This document shows, one piece after another, positions 11,325-23,199 of a stretch of 46,607 nt of DNA. The stretch is from Octopus bimaculoides. Lineage: Eukaryota. The notes beneath the pieces are model-generated. The model saw nothing but the letters and a program-made list of their open reading frames with translations, did no database searches and was not told the origin of the DNA. Position numbers and translations under genes: made by a program. The DNA is taken from positions 18,375,449-18,422,055 of the forward strand of contig NC_069005.1 in the NCBI RefSeq assembly GCF_001194135.2. The letters run 5' to 3'. Within the stretch, counting starts at the first letter, position 1. Every line of letters starts with the position of its first letter.

Positions 11325-14300
11325 NNNNNNNNNNNNNNNNNNNNNNNNNNNNNNNNNNNNNNNNNNNNNNNNNNNNNNNNNNNNNNNNNNNNNNNNNNNN
11401 NNNNNNNNNNNNNNNNNNNNNNNNNNNNNNNNNNNNNNNNNNNNNNNNNNNNNNNNNNNNNNNNNNNNNNNNNNNNNNNNNNNNNNNNNNNNNNNNNNNN
11501 NNNNNNNNNNNNNNNNNNNNNNNNNNNNNNNNNNNNNNNNNNNNNNNNNNNNNNNNNNNNNNNNNNNNNNNNNNNNNNNNNNNNNNNNNNNNNNNNNNNN
11601 NNNNNNNNNNNNNNNNNNNNNNNNNNNNNNNNNNNNNNNNNNNNNNNNNNNNNNNNNNNNNNNNNNNNNNNNNNNNNNNNNNNNNNNNNNNNNNNNNNNN
11701 NNNNNNNNNNNNNNNNNNNNNNNNNNNNNNNNNNNNNNNNNNNNNNNNNNNNNNNNNNNNNNNNNNNNNNNNNNNNNNNNNNNNNNNNNNNNNNNNNNNN
11801 NNNNNNNNNNNNNNNNNNNNNNNNNNNNNNNNNNNNNNNNNNNNNNNNNNNNNNNNNNNNNNNNNNNNNNNNNNNNNNNNNNNNNNNNNNNNNNNNNNNN
11901 NNNNNNNNNNNNNNNNNNNNNNNNNNNNNNNNNNNNNNNNNNNNNNNNNNNNNNNNNNNNNNNNNNNNNNNNNNNNNNNNNNNNNNNNNNNNNNNNNNNN
12001 NNNNNNNNNNNNNNNNNNNNNNNNNNNNNNNNNNNNNNNNNNNNNNNNNNNNNNNNNNNNNNNNNNNNNNNNNNNNNNNNNNNNNNNNNNNNNNNTATAG
12101 ACGTGTGTGTGTTTGTGTGTCTATGCATATGTTTATATGTATGTGTGTTTGTATGTATATGTACGTATAAATGTGATTTTTGTGAGAAAAGCATCTGAAC
12201 TGCCAAAAGTGATATGAAAGTTTAGTTTAATTTCAGTTTATTTTCTTTTTTTATTCCATTTGATGGAATCTCTTTTAAGTGACTGAAACCGGTAACATAT
12301 TTTGGTAAAAATAAAACTTCTTTAACCCATAATAATCTTCTCAAAGCATTTTCATCTTTTCGCTTACCCCTTTGTAACCTCTTAACCTCTCCAATATCAT
12401 ATACCACACCTGGAATTGAAAATGCCAGCAAAAACTGGAGTATCATTTTTTATTAGAAACGTATAAATTCTGAAGGAATCATAGACACTTTATACAAACC
12501 TCATGTGTCCTATTCGAAAAAACTTTCAGAGAATGGAAGCAAGAACTACAATATCCCAACATATTTGTCAATAAGTACCAGACTTTAGATAGAGACGTCG
12601 ATTTGGTGAATCCAAACCCATCAAGACGATACCCCACGATGGTCACAATCCAACGACTGAAAGAAAAAAGAATATAAGACACTACTACTGCTGCTGCTGC
12701 AACTACTACTACTGCTGCTACTGCTGCTACTGCTGCTACCACTGCTGCTGCTCTGCTGCTGCGGCTGCTACTGCTACTGCTGCTAGTACAACTACTAAAT
12801 GAAAGTTGAGATCAATAGAGTTCGTAGGGTATAGTGTGAGTAAATATATAATGGGTGGGAAGCAAAGAAAGGAAAGAAAGACAGCAAGAGGGATAGAAAG
12901 AGAGAAAGGAAAGAGGGAAAGGGAGAAAGAAAGGAAGAAATGAAGGAAGGAATATAAAAGCGAGAGAAAGGAAAGACAAAGAAAAATGAATGACAGGAAA
13001 AGGGTGAGAAAGAAAGAAATAAAAAAAGAACAAAGAGAGAAAGAAAGAAGGAAGACAGAAAGAGAAGAAATCAGCAAGAAGGAATCAGAGAAAAAGTAAG
13101 AAATGAAAGAAATTAGAAAATATAAAGAAAAATAAAATAATTAAAGACACTTGAATGACAAAATGAAAGGAAGAAATGAAATGGAAGAAACTGGGTGATG
13201 TCCTTTCAAAATGGCGACTATTTCAATGTTATTGGGGAAATTAGAACAGGGTTTGTGAGTGTTTCGTATGGAAGTGTGAAAANNNNNNNNNNNNNNNNNN
13301 NNNNNNNNNNNNNNNNNNNNNNNNNNNNNNNNNNNNNNNNNNNNNNNNNNNNNNNNNNNNNNNNNNNNNNNNNNNNNNNNNNNNNNNNNNNNNNNNNNNN
13401 NNNNNNNNNNNNNNNNNNNNNNNNNNNNNNNNNNNNNNNNNNNNNNNNNNNNNNNNNNNNNNNNNNNNNNNNNNNNNNNNNNNNNNNNNNNNNNNNNNNN
13501 NNNNNNNNNNNNNNNNNNNNNNNNNNNNNNNNNNNNNNNNNNNNNNNNNNNNNNNNNNNNAAAGAACAAAGAGAGAAAGAAAGAAGGAAGACAGAAAGAG
13601 AAGAAATCAGCAAGAAGGAATCAGAGAAAAAGTAAGAAATGAAAGAAATTAGAAAATATAAAGAAAAATAAAATAATTAAAGACACTTGAATGACAAAAT
13701 GAAAGGAAGAAATGAAATAGAAGAAACTGGGTGATGTCCTTTCAAAATGGCGACTATTTCAATGTCATTGGGGAAATTAGAACAGGGTTTGTGAGTGTTT
13801 CGTATGGAAGTGTGAAAAGTAGACAAGGAAAGATAGGATATGTCAGAGGTTACAGAACTCCGAAAGACACTGTAAGTCAAACTTCGGTTTATCGAATACT
13901 AATAATTGCTAATTTCGGATTATCCAACCAAGTCAAAGACAAAGTCCAGCGAATGTTTAATTAGTCAGATATATTCAACTCGACCTTAATGTATTTCATA
14001 ACAATCCCGGCTTTTGTTTAACAATGGTTTTAAAAGTGGATTTGAAATAACTGAACAAAACGTATGAACGTTACATGAAAGCGGCGTTACGAACAATACA
14101 ATGGCGATTGCGTCGTCTTTAAGTTTACTGTTATCAAAAGCCCACATGTCGCTAGGTCGGACTGGAAGTTTGATCTTCGTTGATCCGTTCAAACAGTGTT
14201 CAAATAAGTTTAACAGATGCCTAATGATTTAAGCTTCCCTTGGTGACTGCATTCTAATTATAAACACGTTGGGAGGAGTGTGTTTATTACAAGCCATCGC

Positions 14301-14411
14301 GTTTGTTGCTGTAAACGTGTGACATGACAAAGTGAATATCAATGAAATACGAAACGGAAAAGCGATATTTTACAGGTTGCCTGCCTGCCTGTCTGTATGT
14401 CTGTCTGTTTC

Positions 14412-14468
<57 letters not shown>

Positions 14469-14709
14469 ATTTCTATTTATCTAATCTATCTATCTATCTA
14501 CTTATCTATCTATCTCTTTGTCTTCTATAATCTATACTCCTTTATCTACCGAAAACTGTGATATTTGGCTGACAACTGATGAGAGACGGAGCATATCTGC
14601 GTCCGTTTAGTGTTCTTTTCTGTTTATCTATAACTTCCTTTGTCGTACTCCACTGCCACATTTTCATTGTGTGTGTGTATGTGTATGTGTGTGTTTATAT
14701 ATATATATA

Positions 14710-14995
14710 TAATGGCTGTGTGTTCGGAAGTTTGCTTCCCAACCACATGGTTCGAGTTGAATTCCAACGCATGGGACCTTGGGTGTCTTCTACTATAGCG
14801 TCGAGTCAATCAAAGCCTTGTGAGTGGATTTGATAGACGAAAACTGAAAGAAACCCGTCATATATATACATATATGTGTGTGTATGTATGTGTGTCTTCG
14901 TTTCACTGCCCACCCCTCACCTCACATCGCTTGACACCGGTGCTGGTGTGTTTACTTTCCCGTAAGTTAACGGCTCGGCAAAAAATACCGAAGGT
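14710..14995 (+). mobile_element. SINE family B
   Basis: GGCTGTGTG..AAGTTTGCTTCCCAACCACATGGTTC..TCTTCTACTATAGC..CAAAGCCTTGTGAGTGGATTT..ACG.AAACTGAAAGAA, internal (TA/TG)n, then CGCTTGACA..GGTGTGTTTAC. Confidence 0.85.
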
Positions 14996-14999
14996 ATAC

Positions 15000-15465
15000 T
15001 CTTTTACTCTTTTACTTGTTTCAGTCATTTGACTGCGGCCATGCTGGAGCACCGCCTTTAGTCGAGCAAATCGACCCCAGGACTTATTCTTTGTAAGCCT
15101 AGTACTTATTTTATCNNNNNNNNNNNNNNNNNNNNNNNNNNNNNNNNNNNNNNNNNNNNNNNNNNNNNNNNNNNNNNNNNNNNNNNNNNNNNNNNNNNNN
15201 NNNNNNNNNNNNNNNNNNNNNNNNNNNNNNTGTCAAGCAATGCTAGGGGGACAAATGCAGACACACAAACACACACACACACACATATACATACATATAT
15301 ACGACGGGCTTCTTTCAATTTCCGTCAACCAAATCCACTCACAAGGCTTTGGTCGGCCCGAGGCTATAGTAGAAGACACTTGTCCAAGATGCCACGCAGT
15401 GGGACTGAACCCGGAACCATGTGGTTGGTAAGCAAGCTACTTACCACAGAGCCACTCCTGCGCCT
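15000..15465 (-). mobile_element. SINE family B spanning a gap
   Basis: 15000-15115 is the reverse complement of the SINE 3' end and 15231-15465 of the 5' half (compare 36708-37108). Confidence 0.88.
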
Positions 15466-15976
15466 ATATATATCTTTTTTGGTCCAGTCTATAATTCCAA
15501 CTCCAGATCTGATTGAGGGTGCTGCTCTTGAATTTGCAACAATGTGTGCCACTTTGTCATTCCAAGTTCCACAGGCTATACATTTTTCTGACACATTCTT
15601 TCCATATATATATATTTTCTCAAGTTGTTTGTTTTTATCACTTGATCTTGGGCTGCTGCAATTAGGCTCTATGTTAGTTTTTTTTATTTGCCCCTTTTTT
15701 AACCAAGCCTAGGATTTTGTTCCACTGACGTCTTCAGTGATTCTCTAAAATTGGCCATGCAGCGGTTTCTCTTCGATCTGTCTCATCTGCTCTCTTTGTA
15801 GTTCATTCTTACCCTTTTCTCCTTTTACACGCTTTTCACCTGTTCTTTCTTAACTGTCTTTAGTATTCTTTCTATGCTACGCTGCACATACGCTACTAGG
15901 TTTTTGTTTCCGTCTGTACACATTCTTCTGCTGCTATTAAGCTTCATCCACCCAGGTCTCTCCTCAAGTACAGTCG
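15466..15976 (-). mobile_element. R4/Dong-type LINE fragment
   Basis: Minus-strand RLYLRRDLGG.SLIAAEECVQTET and VANSRAAPSIRSGVGIIDWTKKD; stops and rearrangement; abuts (ATT)n at 15979-16035. Confidence 0.7.
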
Positions 15977-16038
<62 letters not shown>

Positions 16039-16039
16039 C

Positions 16040-16175
16040 TGCAGAATACATAAGACGTGTTTTCAAACGCTCCATGTTGGTGCAGCTTAAAACATTTATT
16101 TACATCATGTTGGTGCTTATTTGGATTATCTATTTTATTCCAAGTTGTCACTAGAAACACCAGGAACCTATTGCC
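16040..16175 (-). mobile_element. R4/Dong-type LINE extreme C-terminal remnant
   Basis: QLGIK.IIQISTNMM.INVLSCT..RLKTRL resembles the ..QK..LLGTA.ILRK.L terminus; followed on its strand by (TAA)n. Confidence 0.45.
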
Positions 16176-16271
16176 GGTTTTTCTACGGTTGTTTAGCCCC
16201 CTCGAGGGCTATATTCGGCCCACCAAGTAGTTTGGTGGGCATTTAATTTAATTTAAACAAACACAACGCAA

Positions 16272-16282
16272 CAAGATGGCGG
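16272..16282 (+). promoter_or_regulatory. YY1-type motif CAAGATGGCGG upstream of the ORF1 remnant
   Basis: Matches the AANATGGCG YY1 consensus; position is consistent with a LINE internal promoter (inference). Confidence 0.35.
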
Positions 16283-16729
16283 AGCACGTCTTAAAATAGC
16301 TGAGCAAAAAGAAAAAAATCCCTCGCACGAATCTGGTGACAGGTGAAAATTTCCCTCCCCTTCCCTCCGTTACAGGCAATACAGGAGAAGGGGAGGAGAA
16401 AAACGAGACTATTACAAAACAAAGTCCACTTTGTAGTAACAGTAGTAGTAACAGTAACAGCAACAACCAACAGCAGTAGCCGGGACAACAGCAGCAGCCG
16501 CAACAGTGACAGCAGCAGTAGTAGTAGCGGTAGCAACAACAACAACGAAAGAGAGAGCAACTGCAGCGACAGTAGCGATAGCAACAACAGCAACAATGAT
16601 TGCAAAAATGACAACAGCAACAACAAAACCAATGCCAACAACACAGACAAGAACAACAACAAAAGCAACAACAACAACCGCAGCAGCAGCAACAACAACA
16701 ACAACAAGAGCATTACCAACAACAAAAGC

Positions 16730-17640
16730 ACATTCGCGGCAGCAGCAGCAAAAAAAAAGAAACGTTTTACCCTGGATCTCCAAAATAGGGACGAAATGCT
16801 AACGCAGACATGGAAACTGATAAAACAAGAATAAACATAGGCCAATCTAAGTGTTCCGCCAGAGGCAATTGAAGCAGTGGAGAGAAGAACAGTACTTTTC
16901 AGATGCATCTCAGCAGAGAAAAAAGAGCGGCTTTAATAGACGAAGTAGATATTGAGGTGACGCTGAGGTGCACCAGAGATGGCATCGAGTACAAAGCGAG
17001 GGGCAAACAATACGGCACCATTCATGTCAGAAGCCCTCGCTATGAAACATTACATGACCCCTTGCAAAACCAGCAAAGTCATTATCTACCCATCCTACAG
17101 GAGGAACGTACAGCGCGTGTCTGCTTTTCTAGGACATCCACCAGGACTTGATATTTGGTGGCTTCTGGGATGCGGAATCGTAGAGGGGACGGATACTGTC
17201 TCGATAGAGGTGACAAGAACTGCCAGGGACGGCTGGTCCGGACCTGACCTGGAGATACTGCTCCAGATCAGATCCTAAAACAAAAAACAATCCCGTACCA
17301 CATCCGTCTCAAGATGATACACATCATGTCTGAGGGCAAAGGACCGCATTGTTTCTCGTATGGAGAAACGACTCATTTGCGAGCTCACTGCCCCCAACTG
17401 GTACAAAATGCAAGGAGTCATGGGCTTCCATTGCAGCCTACGCGGGGACGAAGACCACAAACAATACCAGCACACCACCAGCAACAACACCAAACACATT
17501 AACCACCCTAGGGGGAAACAAAGAAAGTTCTCCCCCCACCTCACACCAAATAAAAATACGCACATAAACAAGATTATAAGCAGACACAGACACACTTACA
17601 ACAAGAGACTCCTCGTCTTCCACCAGTGAAGATGAAGGAA
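16730..17640 (+). mobile_element. L1/Tx1-like LINE ORF1 remnant with gag-type zinc knuckle
   Basis: Frameshifted, complex ORF pieces (KVIIYPSYRRNVQRVSAFLGHPPGLDIWWLL..) end in IMSEGKGPHCFSYGETTHLRAHCP, a CX2CX4HX4C with the second C changed to Y (17350-17391), then a P/Q/T-rich tail. No ORF2 seen. Confidence 0.65.
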
Positions 17641-18239
17641 AAACAAAAGGCCCCCAAAAAACAAAAAGAGGAAGCGCAAAAGAAAAACCCCGCAAAGCAT
17701 AACAATACCAACAATAAAAGATACAGACCCCACCCACACAAACATCTCCCCCAAAACACTAACACCATCACTATCAGCAGAATCCCCCAAACGCAAAACA
17801 ACCTAAACAACAACAAACACTCACACAAACATCTAAAACTGCCGACACCACATTCACAGCACACACAGAAAGAACAGAAACAATAATAGGAGCATCACGA
17901 CTACAAGTCAAGCAAACAAATTAAACAACACCAACACAANNNNNNNNNNNNNNNNNNNNNNNNNNNNNNNNNNNNNNNNNNNNNNNNNNNNNNNNNNNNN
18001 NNNNNNNNNNNNNNNNNNNNNNNNNNNNNNNNNNNNNNNNNNNNNNNNNNNNNNNNNNNNNNNNNNNNNNNNNNNNNNNNNNNNNNNNNNNNNNATTTTC
18101 TCTGCCTTTAACTCTCCTTCCCCGAATATCTCAACCGTAACCCTTTCTCCTTCACCTGTTCAATGGTCCATACACATTATCGCTATACGTCACTATGTTT
18201 GCCGCCATTCTTTTCTACTCCCGACACCACCACAAACAC

Positions 18240-19600
18240 AATACACCAATACTACACTACGCCACTACCACAACAGTACTACAACGACACACAGACACTA
18301 CATACCACGTCTACTGCTACACACCGTGAGTTCCACAATGCACCAACCACTACCACTATCACCATCGCCTCCACCAACACCACTGCCATCAACACCAACC
18401 ACGCCATCACCTCAGCTTAGAATCACTTGGAAAATTTAGGTCTTGTTGTTGTTGTTTGTTGATGTTGTTTGTTGTTGTCTCGTAACATCCTGAGAATTGA
18501 TGCGGTTGAATGCAATGTGTAATGGGTTTGTTGCTACTGTAAATAGTTGCTGTGGATGTTGTTGTTGTTGTTGTTGGTGGTGGTGGTGATGGTGGCGTTG
18601 TTGTTGTTGTTGCTGCTGCTGTTGTTGTTGTTGCTGGTGGTGGTGATGGTGATGGTGGTGGTGATGATGGTGGCGTTGTTGTTGTTGTTGTTATTGCTGT
18701 TATGGTGATGTTAGTGGTGGCGGCGGCCACGATGACGATAATGACGACGACGATTGACGACGACGATGATGATGATCATGCGTGATGGTGACGATGATGA
18801 TGATGGTAGTGCTGGTGATGAGGATGAGAACGTTGATGATGACAACGATGATGGTGCTGGTGATGATAATGATCATAACGTAGATGATGGTGATGGTGGT
18901 GATGAAGAAGATGAAGATGAAGTGGAAGATGAACTTCAAAGTAATGAAGAGGCCAACGATGGTAATGGCGGTGGTGATGATGACGGGGATTATGATGATG
19001 AAGATTTCGGTTACGACGTTGAAGATGTTGCTGATGATGATGATGATACCGATCATGCACACTGCACCATTGCAGCTTAATCCGATTAAAGTTATTCGAA
19101 AAATTGACCGATTTGTTCGTTGGCAAACAATTGTTCACTGTTGTGAGAAAATATCATCATCATCATCACCACTACTACTACTACCACCACCATTACCATC
19201 ATTATCATCATCATCGTCACCACCACCATCATCATCATTAGCATCAACATCATAAATACCATCATCTTCATCACCGCTGTAGTTTTCTTTCTCATTCATC
19301 ATTATCGCCGTCAACAACCTTAATAACATCACCACTACCACCTACCTCCACCACCACCACCTCCTCCTCTTCCTCCTCCTCCTCCACCTCCTTCCCCCGT
19401 CCTCCTTTCCACTCCTCCTCCTTCCCCTCTTCATCCTCCTCTTCTCATCCCCTCCTCCCTTTTCCCACATCATCATCATCATCACCCATTATATCCATGT
19501 TTTACCCTTCTTTTTCTTCCTCTTCTTCCTTGTATTTACTACTACTACTACTACCACTACTACTACTACCACTACCACTACCACTACTACTAATTTACAT
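18240..19600. repeat. Compound trinucleotide low-complexity region (GTT/GGT/GAT, CAT/CAC, CCT, CTA)
   Basis: Direct reading; source of the poly-D/V/M/H pseudo-ORFs. Confidence 0.95.
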
Positions 19601-19611
19601 TATTGTTATTA

Positions 19612-19740
19612 TTTTCGCCGAGGTCGATTTGTCCTTTCATCCTTTCGGGGTCGATGAAATAACTATCAGCTGAGCACTGGGATCGATATAATCGATTATC
19701 CTCCACCCCAAAAATTGCTGGTCATGTGCCTATGGTACAA
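19612..19740 (+). mobile_element. SINE family A, 5'-truncated
   Basis: CCGAGGTCGATTT..CCTTTCATCCTTTCGGGGTCGAT..CACTGGG.TCGAT.TAATCGA core. Confidence 0.8.
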
Positions 19741-19787
19741 AATTATTATTATTATTATTATTATTAATATTATTATTATTATTATTA

Positions 19788-19858
<71 letters not shown>

Positions 19859-19879
19859 TTAACACAGTTTTTGTTGAAA

Positions 19880-20170
19880 CTTCTGGAGTCTTGCATTCGC
19901 AACGGGCATGTTGCCTGCAGCCTACGTAGCAGGCTATTTCTTCTCTTCAACTATTGAATTCTTTCCTGGTGATTCCGGCCGCGCCGAGTAAGCAAACTTT
20001 TCCAAACACTCCTGCTCTGCCCATTCTATTCCCATTGCCTTTATATTCCTCTTTTCACTCTGTCCCCAACACTCTAACAATAATCGACATTATCTTCACC
20101 AGTCAGGTTATCCTCGTATTTAAAAGGATTGTATACGTCTATTCTTTTGTCTTCTTAATATTTCGTGAGT
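19880..20170 (-). mobile_element. R4/Dong-type LINE 3' remnant
   Basis: Minus-strand IIVRVLGT...GKVCLLGAAGITRKEF, then a short UTR with a GCCTGC/GTAGGC hairpin and (TAA)n. Confidence 0.6.
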
Positions 20171-20178
20171 CAGATGGG

Positions 20179-20235
<57 letters not shown>

Positions 20236-20239
20236 TATT

Positions 20240-20455
20240 AAGGTGGTGAGCTGGCAGAATCGTTAGTATGCTGGACGAAATGCTTAGCGGTATTTTGCCC
20301 ATCACTACGTTCCCAGTTCAAGATCTGTCGAGGTCGACTTTACCTTTCATCCTTTCAGGATCGATAAATTAAGTACCAGTGAAACACTCGGGTCGATGTA
20401 GTCTAGTAGTCTCCTTCCCCAAATTTCAGGGATTGTGCCTATAATAGAAAGGATT
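20240..20455 (+). mobile_element. SINE family A
   Basis: GGTGGTGAGCTGGCAGAATCGTTAG..AAATGCTTAGCGGTATTT..GTTCAAGATC..GAGGTCGACTTT.. Confidence 0.88.
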
Positions 20456-20477
20456 ATTATTATTATTAATGTTATTA

Positions 20478-21665
20478 TTCCTTCGTAACACAGTGTAGGT
20501 AAAAATGCACCGTAGTCTTTAGTCATCTGTCAAGTCACAACAAAGACATCAGACAGATAATACTTTCCATAAGATGTGCGCTGTGCCTAGTAAGGCTGCT
20601 TTTTGCAAGACAAATCTTCCATGAGATTTCCAGTTGCCTTAAGAAGTCTTGAAGTTTCAATGGGATTGGACCCAATGCTCCCATCACCACTGGTATCACT
20701 TTTACAGTATCCCTTTTGCATTCCATAGTCTTGCCACTTCCACTTTAAATTCGGAGTACTTGGTGATTTGTTCAACCTCTTTACTCACAAAATTCATGTC
20801 ATTTGGTATGGCTACATCAATGATCTGACAGTATTTGTCTCTCTTATTCAATATGACAATATCCAGCCGACGGTGTTCGACAACACGATGCGTCTGAAAA
20901 TCATAGTCCCAGAGTATCATTACTTTTCCATCCTCCTGCATAACTTTACTTGGTACATGCTCATACCAGTTCTCTGTTACTTCATATTGGTATTTACTGC
21001 ATAAGAGCCAATGAAGATACACACACATTTTATCGTGGCGGCGCTTGTATTCTTTTTCTGCAAGTCTCTCACATCCACTTACCAAGTGGGTCACAGAGTC
21101 TACATTTCTGGGTGTCAGAAGTTTTATAGATGTTATACTTCACTGAATTGGTAGCGAGAGCCTGGTCTTGTGCAGCAATGATCAGGCTTTCGGTGGTACG
21201 CTTCAAATCACCTCGCTCAAGTCATGCCCACGATTCTGTATTATCCTTAACGTCCTGTGTATTCCTTTCAAACTGTCCATGCATTCTCATTTTAAGGAGG
21301 TCTACTTTTCTCTTTTCCTCAGCTCTTTGGTTAAATTCTTCCTTGCCCATCATTTCAACTGCATTTACACCCATATCTTTCGCGGCATATTGCAGCAGGT
21401 CTTCATGACTATTTGCCAAATATTCGGCAAGCGTTCTCCTTTCACCCCTTATACAATGGTCTATACTAATTAGTCCTCTACCACCATTCTTCTTTTCATA
21501 CAGTGTCTGTTTACGTTTGCTTTAGGGTGTCGCGCCCTATGCAGAGTCATCAACTTTCTCATCCTTCTTTCCAGTGTTGATATTTCCTCCTTAGTCTATT
21601 TAAGGATGGACGCACTATATCTGACCACCACAACTGCCCAGATATTTATTGCGGTAATCAAATTT
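20478..21665 (-). mobile_element. R4/Dong-type LINE 3' portion (Zn finger and restriction-like endonuclease)
   Basis: HLVSGCERLAEKEYKRRHDK..HW.LC..WYEH..LWDYDFQT..RRLDIVI..IIDVAIPND..KEVEQITKY and VKVIPVVMGALG; contains the CCHC half and the PD..D..KY REL motif; frameshifted. Confidence 0.92.
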
Positions 21666-21733
21666 TTGGCATTCAGGTTGGATTTCAACACCACCGTTAC
21701 CTTTTTTAATACACCTCACTGACCTTGACTTTC

Positions 21734-21782
<49 letters not shown>

Positions 21783-21806
21783 GCTATTATTAGTATTATT
21801 ATCATC

Positions 21807-22445
21807 ATCATTATTCAGTGATCATGTTTTTATCACGTGCTATCACTGGACTAGCGAGCGCAACTCCGCGTGCCTTGGCTATGTGCTCTGGTTTATTTTG
21901 GTGTTGTTATTTTCACTATATTGAAAGTGTTTTATGCAGGATGAGTGCAGTGCCTAGTAATGCTATTTTCTGTATGTCATATACATTCGTAATTATGGTG
22001 CTTCAATTATGTATCTGTCTGTATGTCTTTTGGTCATACCTTATGCACCTTATATCATAGGAATTGATTCTGTTTTTAGGCTCCACATTCAGGTTATCAC
22101 TAATTCCAGATCTTTGTATTTTGGAAGTTTCTCCATTTCTTGTAGAGATACCTTGTCATCTGTTTGTATTGATAAATCGATTAGACGGCATTTTTTTCTT
22201 GGTGATCTCTGACAACTATATCCGATATATTAGCCTTGATTTCTCTACCTGTATATATTGACATATCCCAGAGCATGATTGCTTTGTCATTTTTTGAGAT
22301 CTTTTTGGTGGGTATGCCTATACCATCGTTTTTCTGTTGTCATCCTATACTGTTGGTATAGCTTCCAGTGTATATAGGTCCCAACTCTGTCATGTCTGGA
22401 TATATTCCTTCTAAGCCAGGTCTGGGCAGCCAAAGACAATATCAC
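21807..22445 (-). mobile_element. R4/Dong-type LINE 3' portion with 3' UTR
   Basis: REL-domain remnant (LWDMSI..IKANISDIVVRDHQEKKCRLIDLSI..DKVSLQEMEKLPKY) ending ..QKIALLGTALIL. Its 3' UTR is shared with 38911-39010. Confidence 0.8.
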
Positions 22446-22462
22446 TTGTTTCTTTTCTATCT

Positions 22463-22496
<34 letters not shown>

Positions 22497-22509
22497 GTAG
22501 TAGTAGTAG

Positions 22510-23070
22510 TAGTAGCAGTAGTAGTAGTCTTACATGCGTAATGGGATTGCCACCGGCAGCCTACGGTATCATACTATCCGTTCTTTTCCGATATCTAATG
22601 CTTTCCTGATTATTCTAGCTGTGCAAAGGAGGAAAACCTTTTGTAACAATTCTACTGGGCACTCTATTCCAGTTTCCTTGATATTCCCCTTGATGCTTTC
22701 TGATATTGTTCCCAACGACCCCCAAAAAATTGGTACTATCTTCACCCATTTCATTTTCCATAGCCGGACTATTTCGTACTTAAGAGGCTTGTATCTATCT
22801 TTTCGCCTTCCTTCTTGGCTATTCGTGGGTCAAACGCGCATTCATATATATATAGCATATGTGGTGCACCTTATCGACTACCAGTAGGTCTGGTCTGTTA
22901 TGCTCTAGCACCTCATCTGTTTGAATTGGGAAAGCCAGACGATTTTGCTAGTCTCCGACTCCGCCACTCTCTGCGGTTTGTACTCATATCACGTCTTGTC
23001 TTTCTCTATCCCCCGCTTTCCACACAGTTTCCAATGGAGCACTTTTGCTAGCTGGTCATGTCGCCACACC
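22510..23070 (-). mobile_element. R4/Dong-type LINE 3' portion
   Basis: RHDQLAKVLHWKLCGK..YEYKPQRV and VKIVPIFWGSLGTI..LLQKVFLLCTARIIRKAL. Confidence 0.85.
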
Positions 23071-23199
23071 TTGTAGCAGATTTGGGCAATTCTAGGGCAA
23101 TTCGTTCGTGATTTGGGCAATGGTTTCACCTACTCTATTGCACTATCTCATTCCTAAGGTTGACCCTCCAGTGCGTGACCAAACCCTGGTCTTATTCAT

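Noticed and set aside
10805-12206. Long ORFs (up to 431 aa) here and at 3020-3762, 5846-6820, 26920-28203, 30437-31321, 37891-39007
   Set aside because: They are open only because they cross N runs and microsatellites.
12222-12680. Short ORFs in unique-looking sequence (74 aa minus; 57 aa plus)
   Set aside because: No recognisable domain or convincing splice sites; left unannotated.
13025-13818. 258 bp direct duplication (13025-13282 and 13561-13818)
   Set aside because: The copies sit exactly on either side of an N gap and differ at only two positions I could see. This is typical of unmerged overlapping contig ends or haplotypes, not a real duplication.
18700-19341. Asp/Glu-, His- and Met-rich ORFs resembling acidic or His-rich proteins
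   Set aside because: Open in several frames on both strands; they are degenerate GAT/GGT repeats with no splice or domain evidence.
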